Origin: Tubulanus polymorphus
Taxonomy: Eukaryota > Animalia > Nemertea
NCBI RefSeq assembly: GCF_964204645.1
Contig: NC_134036.1
Coordinates: 7,788,812-7,852,811 of the forward strand
Reading direction: 5' to 3'
Length of the DNA stretch: 64,000 nucleotides
Part shown: piece after piece, positions 51,687 through 64,000 of the stretch
Position numbering within the stretch: the first letter of the stretch is position 1
Layout of the letters: each line of letters starts with the position of its first letter
Translations under genes and position numbers: made by a program
The notes under the pieces: model-generated
Databases searched by the model: none
Told to the model about the DNA's origin: nothing
What the model saw: the letters and a program-made list of their open reading frames with translations, nothing else

Positions 51687-52778
51687 ATGAAAAAAAGAAC
51701 AATATTAAAGAGATTTATATTATAACCCAGAGAGTGACGTATCATATTCTAGCGTAACAGAATTATGGGATATAATTAAATCTGATAAAGAAAATATAAA
51801 ATATAGTGAACTGAGATTATGGTTACAAAATCAACCAACATATCAAATCCATAAGAAAATGGATAAAAATTATCTAACAAGAAAAGTTATGGTTTCATAT
51901 ATTGATCAACAATGGCAAGCTGATTTAATTGATATGAAGAACTTAGAAGAATACAACAAAGGATATTTCTGGAATTAAATGTTTATTAAATGTTATAGAC
52001 ATATTCAGTAGATACGCATGGTCAATTCCAATCAAAAATAAAACTGGTATAGAAGTTACTAATGCTTTCAATATGTAAAGAACCTATTCCAGATTAGATA
52101 CAATTTGATGAAGGTAAAGAATTTTATAATAAACATTTTAAAAAATTATTATATAATAATGATGTAGAATATTTTTCAACACACTCAAATAAAAAAGCAT
52201 CTTTTATAGAAAGATTCAATACAACATTGAAAACTAGAATGTGGAAATATTTCACTGCAAAAGAAACATATAAATATATCGATGTGTTAGATGATTTAGT
52301 GAAATGTTATAATAATTCTTAACTTAAGTATTGGTGTGAAACCTATACAAGCTAGAAAAGAAGATAATTCATGAATAGTTTGGAATAATTTATATGGTGC
52401 GTTTGTTACTCACAATTTTGGAGAACCTAAATTTAAAATAGGACAAAATTGTTAGAATATCTAAATATCGAAAAACAATTTATAAAGGTTATAATCCAAA
52501 TTTTACTGAAGAAATATTTAAGATTAAAAAGATAATATTAACTAAAACTTTTGTTTAAAAATTAGAAGATCTAAAAGATGAAAAAATATTAGGTTATTTT
52601 TAGGTTATTTTTATGAACAAGAATTATCACTTGTACCAAATCCAGATGATATAGAATATAAAATAGAGAAGGTATTGAAAAAAAAACTCTTAAAGGAAAA
52701 AAGTATTCTTTACATAAATATAAAGGGTATGATGACAAATTTAATGAATGAATTTTATCTATAAAATTAAAAGAATAA
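51687..52778 (+). pseudogene. int: rve integrase-chromodomain (divergent from element 1)
   Basis: QWQADLIDM, QFDEGKEF, IERFNTTLKTRMWKYF, KYKGYDDKFNE. Confidence 0.9.
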
Positions 52779-53400
52779 ATGAATAAAGATTTATTTATAT
52801 TTGAACCACATAATATGTTAGTTACTGGAGTAACAAATTGTGGTAAAACACATTTTGTATTAGATTTATTAGAAACTATTTATAAAAATCATTTTGATAA
52901 TATAATATTATTGTGCTACTTATTTTCCTACTTATTAAATGAATAAAACATATAATAAGGATATAGTTAAGATAAAAAAGTTTATTATATTAGATCCTAA
53001 AATAGTAAATGAAAATTTAGATAATTGTATTAAAATAGCAATTGATATTTACAAAGGAACAAATACATTATTCATTATAGATGATTGTGCAAATTTACAT
53101 GATTCAAAATTTAGAGAAAGTGAGTTATGTTATTTAGCTTTCTCAAGGAGACATTTTGGGATAACAACTTGGTTTTTAAATCAAAGATATAATTCAATTG
53201 TTAAAGATTTTAGAGAGAATATTATATTCTTAGTTTTATTTTATAACTAAGATAGAAAATCAATGCAACAATCATTGGAAGAAAATCAAATTATACCTAC
53301 TGAATTACATGATGAATATATGAATAAATTAAAAAGTAATGAACGTTCAAAATTATTACTGAGACTGCAATTTCCCTATGAATATAAATGTATAAAATAA
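52779..53400 (+). pseudogene. Packaging ATPase
   Basis: GVTNCGKT, FIIDD; frameshift ~52915 and stop 53248. Confidence 0.88.
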
Positions 53401-53408
53401 GGGGTATG

Positions 53409-53624
53409 AGGCTAAAAAAATGATACCTTGTTTCTCCGCTCTGCTGAGCTTAAATGTTGACCTGGCCGCCTATCTACCCTATACATTACTTTTTTTAAAA
53501 TCGTGATCAATTTTACCATAACAGATCCGGCCGCTATAGAAATGAACTGTTTACAAATTTTATCATATTTTACAAAGATGACCCGGCCGCTGCGGAGAAA
53601 CAAGGTATCATTTTTGTTTAGCCT
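53409..53624. mobile_element. MITE with ~31-bp TIRs
   Basis: aggctaaaaaaatgataccttgtttctccgc ... gcggagaaacaaggtatcatttttgtttagcct. Confidence 0.8.
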
Positions 53625-53719
53625 AACCTTTAAGCATTTATGTATTAGATACGTATTAGATACGTATTAGATACCTTAATACTTAAAATTTGAAATATTA
53701 TAGAATTTTGAATTGTGTA

Positions 53720-53855
53720 TGAATGGATGAGTGGATGAATTGGATGAATTGGAAGAATTGGATGACTCATCCATTCATCCATTCATCCAATTCATCCATT
53801 CATCCATTCATCCATTCATCCAATTCATCCAATTCATCCATTCATCCAATTCATT
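53720..53855. repeat. Inverted microsatellite (tggatgaa)n / (ttcatcca)n
   Basis: Head-to-head arrays with centre at ~53766. Confidence 0.8.
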
Positions 53856-54761
53856 AGAAACAGCTGAAAATGACTAAAAAATGTTTCAATTATTGCCCAC
53901 AACATAGCGTCGCCAGATTTCTGATTTAATGGTCCAAAAACTTATTCGATCGCATTTTTCTCGTTTATTATCTGGTAGATGAGAGCGGGTTAAACAATCG
54001 CGTAGCGATATGTCCGCATTGACATTGGCAGTAAAGAATGGGGAACAGCCTCTTCTCAATAGAAAAACACAAAATTATGTACCTCCGGTTTATAAATATC
54101 ACAGTGTTTGGATATCACTGTTATTCCAACTATCAGTACCCATGGGATTATTTGGGATTAATTCTCAGCGTCAGAATACGTATTTCTAGAACAGTGGAAC
54201 AGCAGCCTACTCGTGACTGAAACCCGTATGTGATCGTGCGGGAACGCCTTTACTAAAGTTAAAACCATTTCCTGATGACACGAAAAGGTAAACGGTAGGC
54301 TACCACCATGATACGATATCACCAATAAAGATAGATAATTTTATTCAATTTTACTAGTGTTGTTTATTGGAGGAAAATATCATTGTTAAGTACGCCGAGA
54401 ACAACTATGTTGTATTATCAATCAGTTGACTGACATTGTAAAATTCGATTGGGCTATATTGTCATATACGTTTTCTTTTTAGGACGTGGCGAGAGTCAAG
54501 TAGCGAAAAACGTCCCCCGGGTCAGCAGGCAGGCAGGGCGGCGCGGCCGGTCGGACGGAGGCGGCGCGCCTGCTGCGCACTCATAAGGCGGTAGCACCCT
54601 CTTACGCACTCGGCAGAGATTCTCTTTGTAATGCGCGCCGGAGAAAAATACCTTTTATTTTCTTTTCCATGCGTTAAACAACAGTGATTGAATTTACGCT
54701 TTGTTTGCAATATTGCGATGGTTATTTGCCGCTGCTGTAGTTTTTTGGAATTGAATCGAGC

Positions 54762-54850
54762 GGCCTTGGTAGCTCAGTGAGATAAGGTGTGATGCTGTTG
54801 AATCCACTATCAATGCTGAGTGACAAGTGGGTTCGAGTCCTGCTGGCTGC
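54762..54850 (+). mobile_element. tRNA-derived SINE head or tRNA pseudogene
   Basis: A box TAGCTCAGTG and B box GGTTCGAGTCC; no clean cloverleaf. Confidence 0.55.
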
Positions 54851-56707
54851 GAACAGTGTGCGGCAACACTTCAAAGGCCGTTCCGTCGTGAGGTTAAATG
54901 AACAATCCAATGGGAATAGTCTTGGGAATCCATGATCCAAACGACGTACGTAAAGCCAAACAAACAAAAAGACAAGCAAACAATCATCAGCCGGCCTCAG
55001 TGACACCAACGCCGGCATCGCTCTCTGCGACGTTTTGCATGCGTACATGCATCAGAGCTTGGAGCTCTACGATCAGAGAGTCTTGCAATTGCATTCTTAA
55101 AAATCGTTCTGTTTTTGTTTTCATTATTCAGTGGAGCCTAACAGTTCATGCGTAAAAATGGGTTTCTGTATCCAAATCTTGATTGATATAAATATCTTGG
55201 CTGGGACATGACGGAAAAGATCAGAATAAACTAGTTTCGTCTTTTTAACAGAATCGCATTAATGAGGTTTAACAGTACAAAGAGCCTAGGCTAAATCGTT
55301 CGGCAGAAAATAAATTCATTTTCAGGAATAGAATCGTACTAGACAAATAGACCTTTTAGTCTGTGGTCCTCCCAATCAACATCGTCATAGAAGATTTGCC
55401 GGCATATATAAAACATTATAACCACTCAACTCTTTCCATGCGACTTCCCTAAAAACCAGATCCTGAGATTTTTTCAAAAAATATTGGGTTCTCAAACTTC
55501 TAGACGGTCTAATACGCTTCGCTACACTAAAATATGATGATTCAGCTTGTTTCTGATGATGTAGCTATTCTGGGGTCGTTAGGGGCCCCCAAAATGTCAA
55601 AAAAAAAATTTGACCTACTTTCGGGTCATTCGGGTACCCCTACCCCTAACTGCAGCTTCATATTCTCTCTATATACCTTCATTATATCCACTGCGTCATG
55701 TATAGACACCGTATGCCAGCCGCTGTGTCTATTTATAAAGCTTTCAATTTTGCCCTTCTTTGTTTACACAACTTGACCTCAATTCACCGATAATGACTTT
55801 CGTGACCTACATAGATTTTATTCATACACCCGCCAGCGAACTCGAACAAAAAAAGTCCCTGGGGTTGCCAGGACTACCAGGCATACATACAAGCCGTATA
55901 AGCTTTATACATTGCCATTTAGACAGTAAGGGGATAAGTAGGTCAAACACCTGTGACGTGGCGCCACACCGCGCAAAAACAAAGCGTTCTTGAGACTGTG
56001 TCGTCCGGTCAGAGTTAGCGTGGAAAGAGTTTTAACTTTATCTTGTATAGAATTATTATTATTTGGAGGTTTATCTGGTTCATAAGGATTTGGTGTAGAT
56101 TCCAACGAATTTGATATTGCTAAACCAATTGTTGTAAAAAACATAGTTACAGCTGTTAGAATTGAAAGAATTGTTATACCTTCTAACTTAAATAATAATC
56201 TTATTCTATCTTTCAATGATATTTTAGAATCTGGTTTTATTATTAAATCTTTAAAAATAACTTTTAATTTTTTAATATGATTAAGATCATATGATTTCAA
56301 TAATATATCTCTTTCTTTTTCCTGCAATTCTTTGGTATATTTTAAATCATCAATTTCTTTTTCTAAAGATGACTTTCTGCTTTAATGTTCAGCTTCATCA
56401 ATTACTTGAAGATCTCTATTTAATTCTAATTGTTTTAATTCTTCGTTAGCATCAGTTAATTCTGTTTCTAACATGGTATTTAAGAAAATCTCATCTTAAT
56501 ATTAGCAATTTCACCAGCTGATTCTTGCATACCTTTAATTTCTCTACGTGCTTGTTGAGGAAATACTTTTAGTTGTTCTTCATTTAAATCAAGTAATCTT
56601 TTTTTTAATGAAGATTGCATTCGATTTGTTCCAGTTTCAGTACCAGGTGTATCTAAAATACTAATCATATCTTCTTCAAATGAATTCATTGTATCCAGTA
56701 AGTTATC

Positions 56708-58612
56708 TGTAATTGGCTGGTTGTTGTATCGGCAGGCTGGCTGGGGAACTAGCATTTACAGCAGCGGTACAGGATTCCATCCATCAGGAACAACAAGGCA
56801 GTTAAACCTTATATGTACAATCTTTATTGCATCCCGGAATGAGAATGATTATCATAGCCTTACATAGTCTTTATATACAGAATCATGAGTATAATGTGAG
56901 AACTAGGTGTCAGACAAGTTGTAGATATCGGGACTCACAAACAAACACCTAGTGACATGTTTGAGAGACATTAATTAATTATCGATGAGCACTGACTATA
57001 GCTAATTATCGTTAAAACATGTTGAGTAATGTCACATGTTGATTACGACCTTAAAGCACATATTGACATTATAGTCATAAGTTATATTATATTACTGTTG
57101 CTATCGCTATCGCTATCGCTATCGCTATCGCTATCGCTATCGCTTTCGCTATCGCTATAGTTATCGCTATCGCTATCGCTATCGCTATCGCTATCGCTTT
57201 CGCTATCGCTATTACTATTATTATTATCATTATTAAATATGTAATAGAGCTATGAAATATTATGAACTGTTCGATATGACATCGTAGATCTATATGATTA
57301 TGAAATATGCAAATTATATCAGGGTGACAGATGCCCCCTTGTCCAATTGAATTTGGTCCTCCAAATTTCGGAAAGCGCAGATGCTATAAGTTCATTAAAA
57401 CTCCTTCCACTGCGAGAACGTGTAAAATTGAGTTCCACCGTGCGAAAATGTGCAAACGTTGGATAGAAACATCCGGATTCTCAGTCATTCACGAAAGAGT
57501 CACATGTTGTCGTTATATACGGACGATGCAATGATACGTTAACTGTAATTATCTGCAAAGGATCCCCGAATTCTGGCTGATTCTGCGACGAAGGAACAGA
57601 AGTAACGACGTGTTGTGTAGTTATAGCGTCCTGAAGTCCAGTTGGTGGTTGCAAGTAGTACTGGTACGCATTTCTCCGTTTTGAAGATCTTCCGATTACT
57701 GACTGGAAATAACTTCATGACACAATGATAGTAACATGCAACATCTGACATGAGAGCAGTGTTCAGGCAATGACACAACACAAATACAGTTACCCTTGTC
57801 AACCAAAAGGAAAAAATTATCATCATCCAAAATAAGTGGCCAGGTGTAACTGAGATTATATATTTGTCCACATAAAAATTCAACCAATTCATCTTCATGT
57901 TTTGGTTATACTAACAAAATATGAACCTATGAAAATGAAAATTGCCGATTAAACCTTTAGTATAGTCGAAATAGTTTGTTGCGAAAAAAGTATAGATACG
58001 CACTGTACTGTAAGTAGATGAATTTGACTTATTAACCTTAGACATATCCCCTGAGAAGTGTTCCGTAATCTAATACTTATAGTACGAAATGAAACTAAAA
58101 TTATTTATGCTGATTGGAACTAGATGCGTAGAAAAAAAGAATTGTGAATCATACTATTTAAACCGGCGATAACTTTTTTGATCGTACGGTAGTATCTTAT
58201 ATCCAAATTCCTATGATTTTCTATCATGTTCATCTGACCACTAATTCGAGACAAAGAAGCAACTATATTACCTTCGGCTGACAAAAAGTTACCGTAATGC
58301 ATTGTTCCCACTGAAGCAGCAGCAACGTTCACGATCAGTACGGCCATCTTGTCACAGGTGTAGTTGAATACGATCTTCTCGTGAGGTCAACGTTCCAGTC
58401 ACAACCAATAGTTTAACAGCTTCATCTGTACTTGTGTAAGTCACGAGGACTAAATTTTGGATTCTCCACCATCTGTAACCGTCCATCTGTGAAGGCAAAT
58501 CCGGTTCTCCGCCATCATAAGGTATTACATAATATATATCTGATATCATTTCACTTGGACTTTGTATTTCATATATTCCTCCTTCCATTTGACACTATAG
58601 TCATAAGTTATA

Positions 58613-58660
<48 letters not shown>

Positions 58661-58782
58661 CATTATTATTATTATTATTATTATCATTAATATGTAGTAG
58701 AGCTATGAAATATTATGAACTGTTCGATTTGACATTGTAGATCTATATGATTATGAAATATGCAAATTATATCAGGGTGACA
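56708..58782 (-). mobile_element. Internally deleted Gypsy-like LTR retrotransposon
   Basis: TG..CA ends; 4-bp TSD tatc/tagc; 3' LTR 56708-57329, partial 5' LTR 58590-58782; PPT-like aagggggc next to the 3' LTR; integrase C-terminal-like remnant at 58352-58588. Confidence 0.75.
57100..57212. repeat. (GCTATC)n microsatellite in LTR; (ATT)n at the equivalent position 58613-58690
   Basis: Seen directly. Confidence 0.95.
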
Positions 58783-59641
58783 TAGCTAAATGTTTTCCTA
58801 ATTGTAATTGACTTGGATCAATATCAATTTGTTGAATAACTCTTCTCGATGTTTCTGGTGTTGAAGTTCTTAATTTATCTAATCGATCTCCATACTCTTC
58901 CATTTCTGGATCAACATAAGTAGGATTTAAATTTGGATTTTTAAATGGTGTATATTTGTTAATATCAATACCAACATTTGGTTCTTCTTCATTTATTCTA
59001 TCGAGTGCATTCCATATAATTCTGAAAAATTCTGTACCACCTTTTGAATGTTCAATTGAAGATCCTGCTCGCATTTCAGGATGGTACAGATCTTCTTGTC
59101 CCATTTTAGATAATTGAATTGATAGTTTTGTTATTTAATTCAACATTACAGTACCATGAATCATTTTTAAATTCTAAATTATTCATGAAATGTATGTCAT
59201 CTTTTCTAATTTGTTCTGAAATATCTTCTGGTTCAATGTTATCTGTTACATTTTTTTGGTAATAATTCTTCAATAACTGTATTTGTTACACTATGTTTTA
59301 TGCATAATAATTCTTTTTTCAATTCAGGGTTTTGTGTTCTTTCTAATCTATTAATTAAATCTTTTCTTTCTGGTCTAGTTTTAATTATTATCTCATCGCG
59401 GGTTCTTACATAATCTATTAATGTTTCACTTGTTTCAGTATAATCTTTGAATTCATCATAATCATATAATATAGGCCCACTAGAATCATCTTCTTCATTA
59501 TTTAAAATTATTATTATGTGCTGATCCATCATCATTATCAATATTAGTTTCATTAAAATCAGGTTGTGGTTCATCACTTATACCAGGGGTGTCACCAAAA
59601 GTATCCAGTGGAATATCTACTTCCATTTATATAATAAAAAA

Positions 59642-60806
59642 TTAAAATTTAAAATACAATATTCCTCCTATTACAATCCTATACAAGTTATAGCTAATTT
59701 AGCATTTTCATGTGATTTATTATCATTAATTATATCATGTTTAATAATATCAGTTTTTATATTTTCTGTAGTATTGTAATCTTTTATTTTAGAATCATTA
59801 TTCAATTTGATATTTTTAGTTTTAGTTTCAGTTGATTGAATATGTTTTTTAATTTTTTTACCTTCCATTAGTTTTGGGGCAGTGATAAATTTTTTATTTA
59901 TATTATTTAATCCAAACTTATTATGTATTGTTGCAGTCTTAATTAAATTATTATGACCAATTATATTTCCCATTTTTAATATCAAATCATCAGAAATGAT
60001 TAATAAATTAGGCCCTTTACAATGATTTAATCTGACATGAGATATATCTAGATAATTTTGGTACCTGACTATATTTTCTGAAATCGATCTATTTTTATCA
60101 TTATGAATAGAATCTTCAAATAATACTTTGAATTGTTTCTGCGCGTCAAATGAAGTATTATTATTTCCAACTATTGGTGATCTTGTTTCAACTTGTGCAC
60201 CTACCATACAAATTAAATATATTCTAATAGATTGATTTATTTTTGTATACCTGATTAACTAACACCATGTAATTTACCATGCGCTCTAAAATCGGAATTA
60301 ATATTTATATTACATATTTTATAAAACTTAGATAGATTAATATTATTATCCAATTCTTTAAAATATTTCGATCCAGGTAAAGGGCATTCTAATTCATTTA
60401 ATATAGTTCTGATTTGAAAATATGTGTGAAATCTAAATATTGCATGAATGAATTTTAAATCTGAATAAGACAAATTTTTATCTAAGTCATTAAGATGATT
60501 GTTCCAACCTATACCACACCCTGTTGTTGCACAATAAACAGCAAAATTCAATTGGTTCTGCCAATATTCCATATTAGATTTTATTTTATATATATATTAT
60601 ATTCATCTCGAGTAAAAGTAACTTCATATGTATAAAATATGTTTTCCATTTTAGAAATAAAATAATTTTGTTTCGGCTACATAAATTTCTATATTAACTA
60701 ATGAGTTCAAAACTAAATCTTTATATGAAAGATTTCTATCAAAATCTATTGCAGGAATATGATATTTAATTGATTTATTATGTTGAAAAGCTTTTGGAAA
60801 CCCCAT
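59642..60806 (-). pseudogene. Homolog of 27799-29156
   Basis: YWQNQLNFAVYCATTGCGI; GAQVETRSPI. Confidence 0.85.
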
Positions 60807-60822
60807 TAATATAATAAGAAAA

Positions 60823-61246
60823 TTAATTAATTCTTTTAATAATTTATCTTGTTCTTCAATTGTTATATAACCATTTAAACTTATTACGTAATCTAATGTA
60901 TTTTAATTTATTAATTTCTTTTATATTACATTTTATTTTTTCTTTATTACCTTTTATATTTAATTTTGAACGTATTCCAGTTAAAACACTTGAACTTAAT
61001 CCTAACACGCCGATTTATATAGCTAAAGGTGTTCATGGCGAAAATATTGTTAAAAATGTTATTACAGAACTTATTGTAACTGAACCGCTAATAATAAAAT
61101 AATATATAATTCTCGATTTTAAATATTTTTTCTGTTTTATCTTTAAATCATTTTCAAATTATGATTTTAATTTAGTTATTAGTTATTTATATTTAGTTAT
61201 TTATATCATGAGGAATAATATCATTATTATCAACTTCATCATCCAT
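60823..61246 (-). pseudogene. Homolog of the two-TM protein 27357-27782
   Basis: IIPHDIN...GVLGLSSSVLTGI. Confidence 0.75.
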
Positions 61247-61264
61247 TTATTTAGAAAAAAATTA

Positions 61265-61687
61265 CTAATTAGTAAATTTATATGCTACAAATATAACAAT
61301 AACAGTACCGCCTAAAATCCAAATTATTTCATATTTCTTCTGTTCATTACTTGGGGTATAATAATCTGATAATTTAGGTTTATATAGATGTAATCTTTCT
61401 GTATTTGTTAATGCGTTATATAAACTCATTGCATCATCAACTGATTGAAAATCTCTATGTGTAATTTGCTGATTATATAATTCTTTATTGATGTAATCCA
61501 TATAATTTTGTCTTTTTTCTCTATATTCTTCTGCTGCTTTATTGTATTTCTCTAATGCTAAATTATGTCTTCTTTGTTCTGCTAATGAACTATTTTTATC
61601 AACATGCTTAAATAAATACCCACCACCAGTAAATGCTAAAGCGTTAACAATTGCTGATCCTATAATAGTTATAATTGCAGATGTCAT
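61265..61687 (-). CDS. Intact homolog of the 26914-27336 membrane protein
   Basis: 140 aa, same length, mostly synonymous or conservative changes. Confidence 0.85.
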   Translation of the reverse strand: MTSAIITIIGSAIVNALAFTGGGYLFKHVDKNSSLAEQRRHNLALEKYNKAAEEYREKRQNYMDYINKELYNQQITHRDFQSVDDAMSLYNALTNTERLHLYKPKLSDYYTPSNEQKKYEIIWILGGTVIVIFVAYKFTN

Positions 61688-61844
61688 TTATTTAACAAAA
61701 AAATTACGCATTTATATAGGAGGAATATATTTTTGTTTTTCTAAATAATCAATAGTTAAATGAGATAAAGTAACTGCTTACGTTAATTTTAAAATATCAT
61801 TGATATCAAATCTATCAACATTAATACTTCCCATTTTGATTACT

Positions 61845-63104
61845 TTTTAGCCCACTTGGGACTTTAGTCCCAGCGGGCTATTGCGTTCACTTTTCGTCCG
61901 TCGTCCGTCCGTCCGTCCGTTCGTCCGTCCGTAGACGGAATCCAGTTATTTTGGGAAGTTTTGAAGACGCTTCAAGGTAACGTCTTGATATTTGGGTTAC
62001 ACGTGTATCTACCCTAGACACATCTTCAGCCAAAAAACTGGCCCTGTCAGAATCAAGATGGCTGACTGGCAGCCATTGTTGTTCGCCAAAATCGGCACTT
62101 TTTACACATTTTTGAACTTTTTGAGGGAAATTTTGAAGACGCTTCGATCAATTACCTTGATCTTTCGGATATATATGAATCCCCCCAGGGCCCGTCAACG
62201 AAACAAAAATTGGGTCGGTCGGACTCAAGATGGTCGTCCTATGACCTTTTTAGTGCCCAAAAATGTTAATTTTTGCCCGAATTCTGAGTCCTGTAGCTTC
62301 CTACTGGTTTACCATTTCTCATTGCAATTTGTGATGGGTATTCTTTGGAAAGGGATGTTTTATACCTCAGACAGGTATTTTTCATCAGCCAATTATGACG
62401 CAATTGGCGGTCATCTTGGTGTCACCAGTACTCATTCGTAAGTGGGAAAAAGTTTTTCCACATTATCTTGATACCTAAGCGTATTTTTTGCTACCACAAT
62501 CAATTAGAAAGTTGTAGCTCATAACGTTTTATATGATTGTGGTGAGTTTCAAGGTAATTGGATTTCGTATATGGCCACCAGGGGGCGTTGAATAATACAA
62601 TATCTTAGCAATTCTTTATTGTATTCGTACCTATGCATATTTTGTAACCACAATCAATTGGAAAGTTGTAGCTCATGACATCATCTATGATTGTTGTGAG
62701 TTTTAAGGACATTAGTTTTTCTATATTACAATAACTTAGTATTTCCTTATTATATTGGTACCTAGGCATATTTTGTTACCATGATCAATTGCAAAGTTGT
62801 AGTGCATGACATGTTCTATGATTGTGGTGAGTTTCGAGGTCATTGGGTTTTGAATATGGTCACCAGGGGGCGTTGAATAGTAGAATGACTTAGTATTTCC
62901 ATATTAAATTGGTAACGAGGCATATTTTGTTATCACAATCAATAACAAAATCGTAGCTGCTGACATGTTCTATGATTTTGGTGAGTTTCAAGGTCGTTGG
63001 TTTTTATAAATGGTCACCAGGGCGCGTTAAATATTGAAATTGTTAGATTGTTGAGCATTTGAAACCATTTCCCAGGTGGGCATGGTGTCCCTGGACCCCT
63101 AGTT
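61845..63104 (+). mobile_element. Helentron-associated non-autonomous element (HINE/DINE-like) inserted in the 73-aa gene
   Basis: Inserted in a T-run; subTIRs gcccacttggg / cccaggtgggc; 5' hairpin; (CGTC)n; internal tandem repeats ~62470-63030; short 3' stem-loop. Confidence 0.8.
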
Positions 63105-63189
63105 TTAATAACATTGTATAACCAACAGTTCCAACTGATAGTAATGCGCCGTTATATCACACATTTATTATCCACTTCTAATCCGCCAT

Positions 63190-63550
63190 TTATTAAACAA
63201 AGAAATTACCATCTTCAAAATATTTAGTTATCTTATTCATAATTATTTCAACATGTATTTCATTACTACTTTTATGATTATGATATATTTCAGTTATTAT
63301 TTTCTTAATATCATCAATAATGAAATCTTCATCCAATTCATAAAATCTTAAAGACTCTCTTACTAAATCAGTGATCTTTTCTACATTAAAAGTTTCTTAA
63401 TTTATTGTTTTTTTCATGTTCAAATGTTATTTCATTAGTAAATACAATATTTTTAATATGTGTTACTACATCATTAATGTTAAATTTCATTTCTTTCTCG
63501 CGTTTCAAATCAAATCCAAAACATATACTCGGTCCAACAGTTATATTCAT
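63190..63550 (-). pseudogene. Homolog of 26311-26667
   Basis: MNITVGPSICFGFDLKREK start. Confidence 0.8.
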
Positions 63551-63566
63551 TTATATACTGAAAAAA

Positions 63567-64000
63567 TTATTCTTTACATCTTATAACTAATTCATAAATT
63601 ACAGGAAAGTTATTCAAATCAATTAAGTATCCATTATGATTTCTTATTTCTGATTTAAAATTATTGAAATGTGGAATGCATGGTTTGAAATTACATTCTG
63701 TTAAATTATAATTCATTTGGGTTCCAAATTGTTTAACATTTTTAATGGTAAAATATTTAATATACTAGAATTACAAATTGTATCTTTAGTTGCTTCAAAT
63801 GTTTTTGTCGGATCAATTAAATTTCAATAAATATAAAAGTGTGTTAAAGGCATTAAATTTGAATTACCGTCTACGTTTCCTGTAACAGTATATGGTTTAA
63901 TTCATAACATTTTAGCTATTGGTTTCTGTACCATAAATGCGTGTTTGGTTTCATCATCTAACTTTATTTTAATTTTATCAGAACTATCACTTTTTATAAA
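63567..64000 (-). pseudogene. Minor capsid protein 3' part
   Basis: LIDPTKTFEATKDT...IRNHNGYLIDLNNFPVIYELVI matches 26040-26294. Confidence 0.8.

Larger units (their letters stand above)
56029..59626 (-). pseudogene. Coiled-coil/TM protein homolog of 29173-30787, split by an LTR element
   Basis: RLDKLRTSTPETSRR, ARREIKGMQESAGEIANIKMRFS, KLEGITILSILTAVT. Confidence 0.85.
56029..64000 (-). mobile_element. Polinton structural module on - strand (penton through coiled-coil gene), runs off the window
   Basis: Same gene order as ~25860-30550, inverted. Confidence 0.9.

Noticed and set aside
54762-54850. Functional tRNA gene
   Set aside because: A and B boxes present but acceptor and anticodon stems do not form convincingly.

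Overview
AT-rich, repeat-dense eukaryotic DNA, most likely from an invertebrate animal (inferred from HINE/Helentron-type, Penelope-like, Gypsy-like and satellite repeats; no host gene recognised). The window is a cluster of endogenous Polinton/Maverick (adintovirus-like) elements. Element 1 (~21134-36560) is nearly complete: pPolB, zinc-finger ORFs, minor capsid, several membrane proteins, a coiled-coil protein, major capsid, rve integrase with chromodomain, packaging ATPase and a putative SSB. A divergent relative is present as a + strand replication/integration module (46957-53400) facing a - strand structural module (56029-64000). Two heavily decayed sister fragments lie at ~7790-11955 and ~37200-40815. 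The rest is a mosaic of direct and inverted segmental duplications, a ~154-bp satellite and small TEs. Two observations stand out. (1) Element 1 pPolB carries a full-length LAGLIDADG intein (22641-23705) at the catalytic YFD/TD motif, and the second pPolB in the window has the empty site. (2) Element 1 has a ~300-nt GC-rich island (35497-35796) that folds by eye into a G.U-rich RNA structure with two three-way junctions, a loop-E motif and two hairpins sharing a self-complementary GGCGCC loop, a candidate undescribed viral ncRNA. All calls were made by inspection without database searches.
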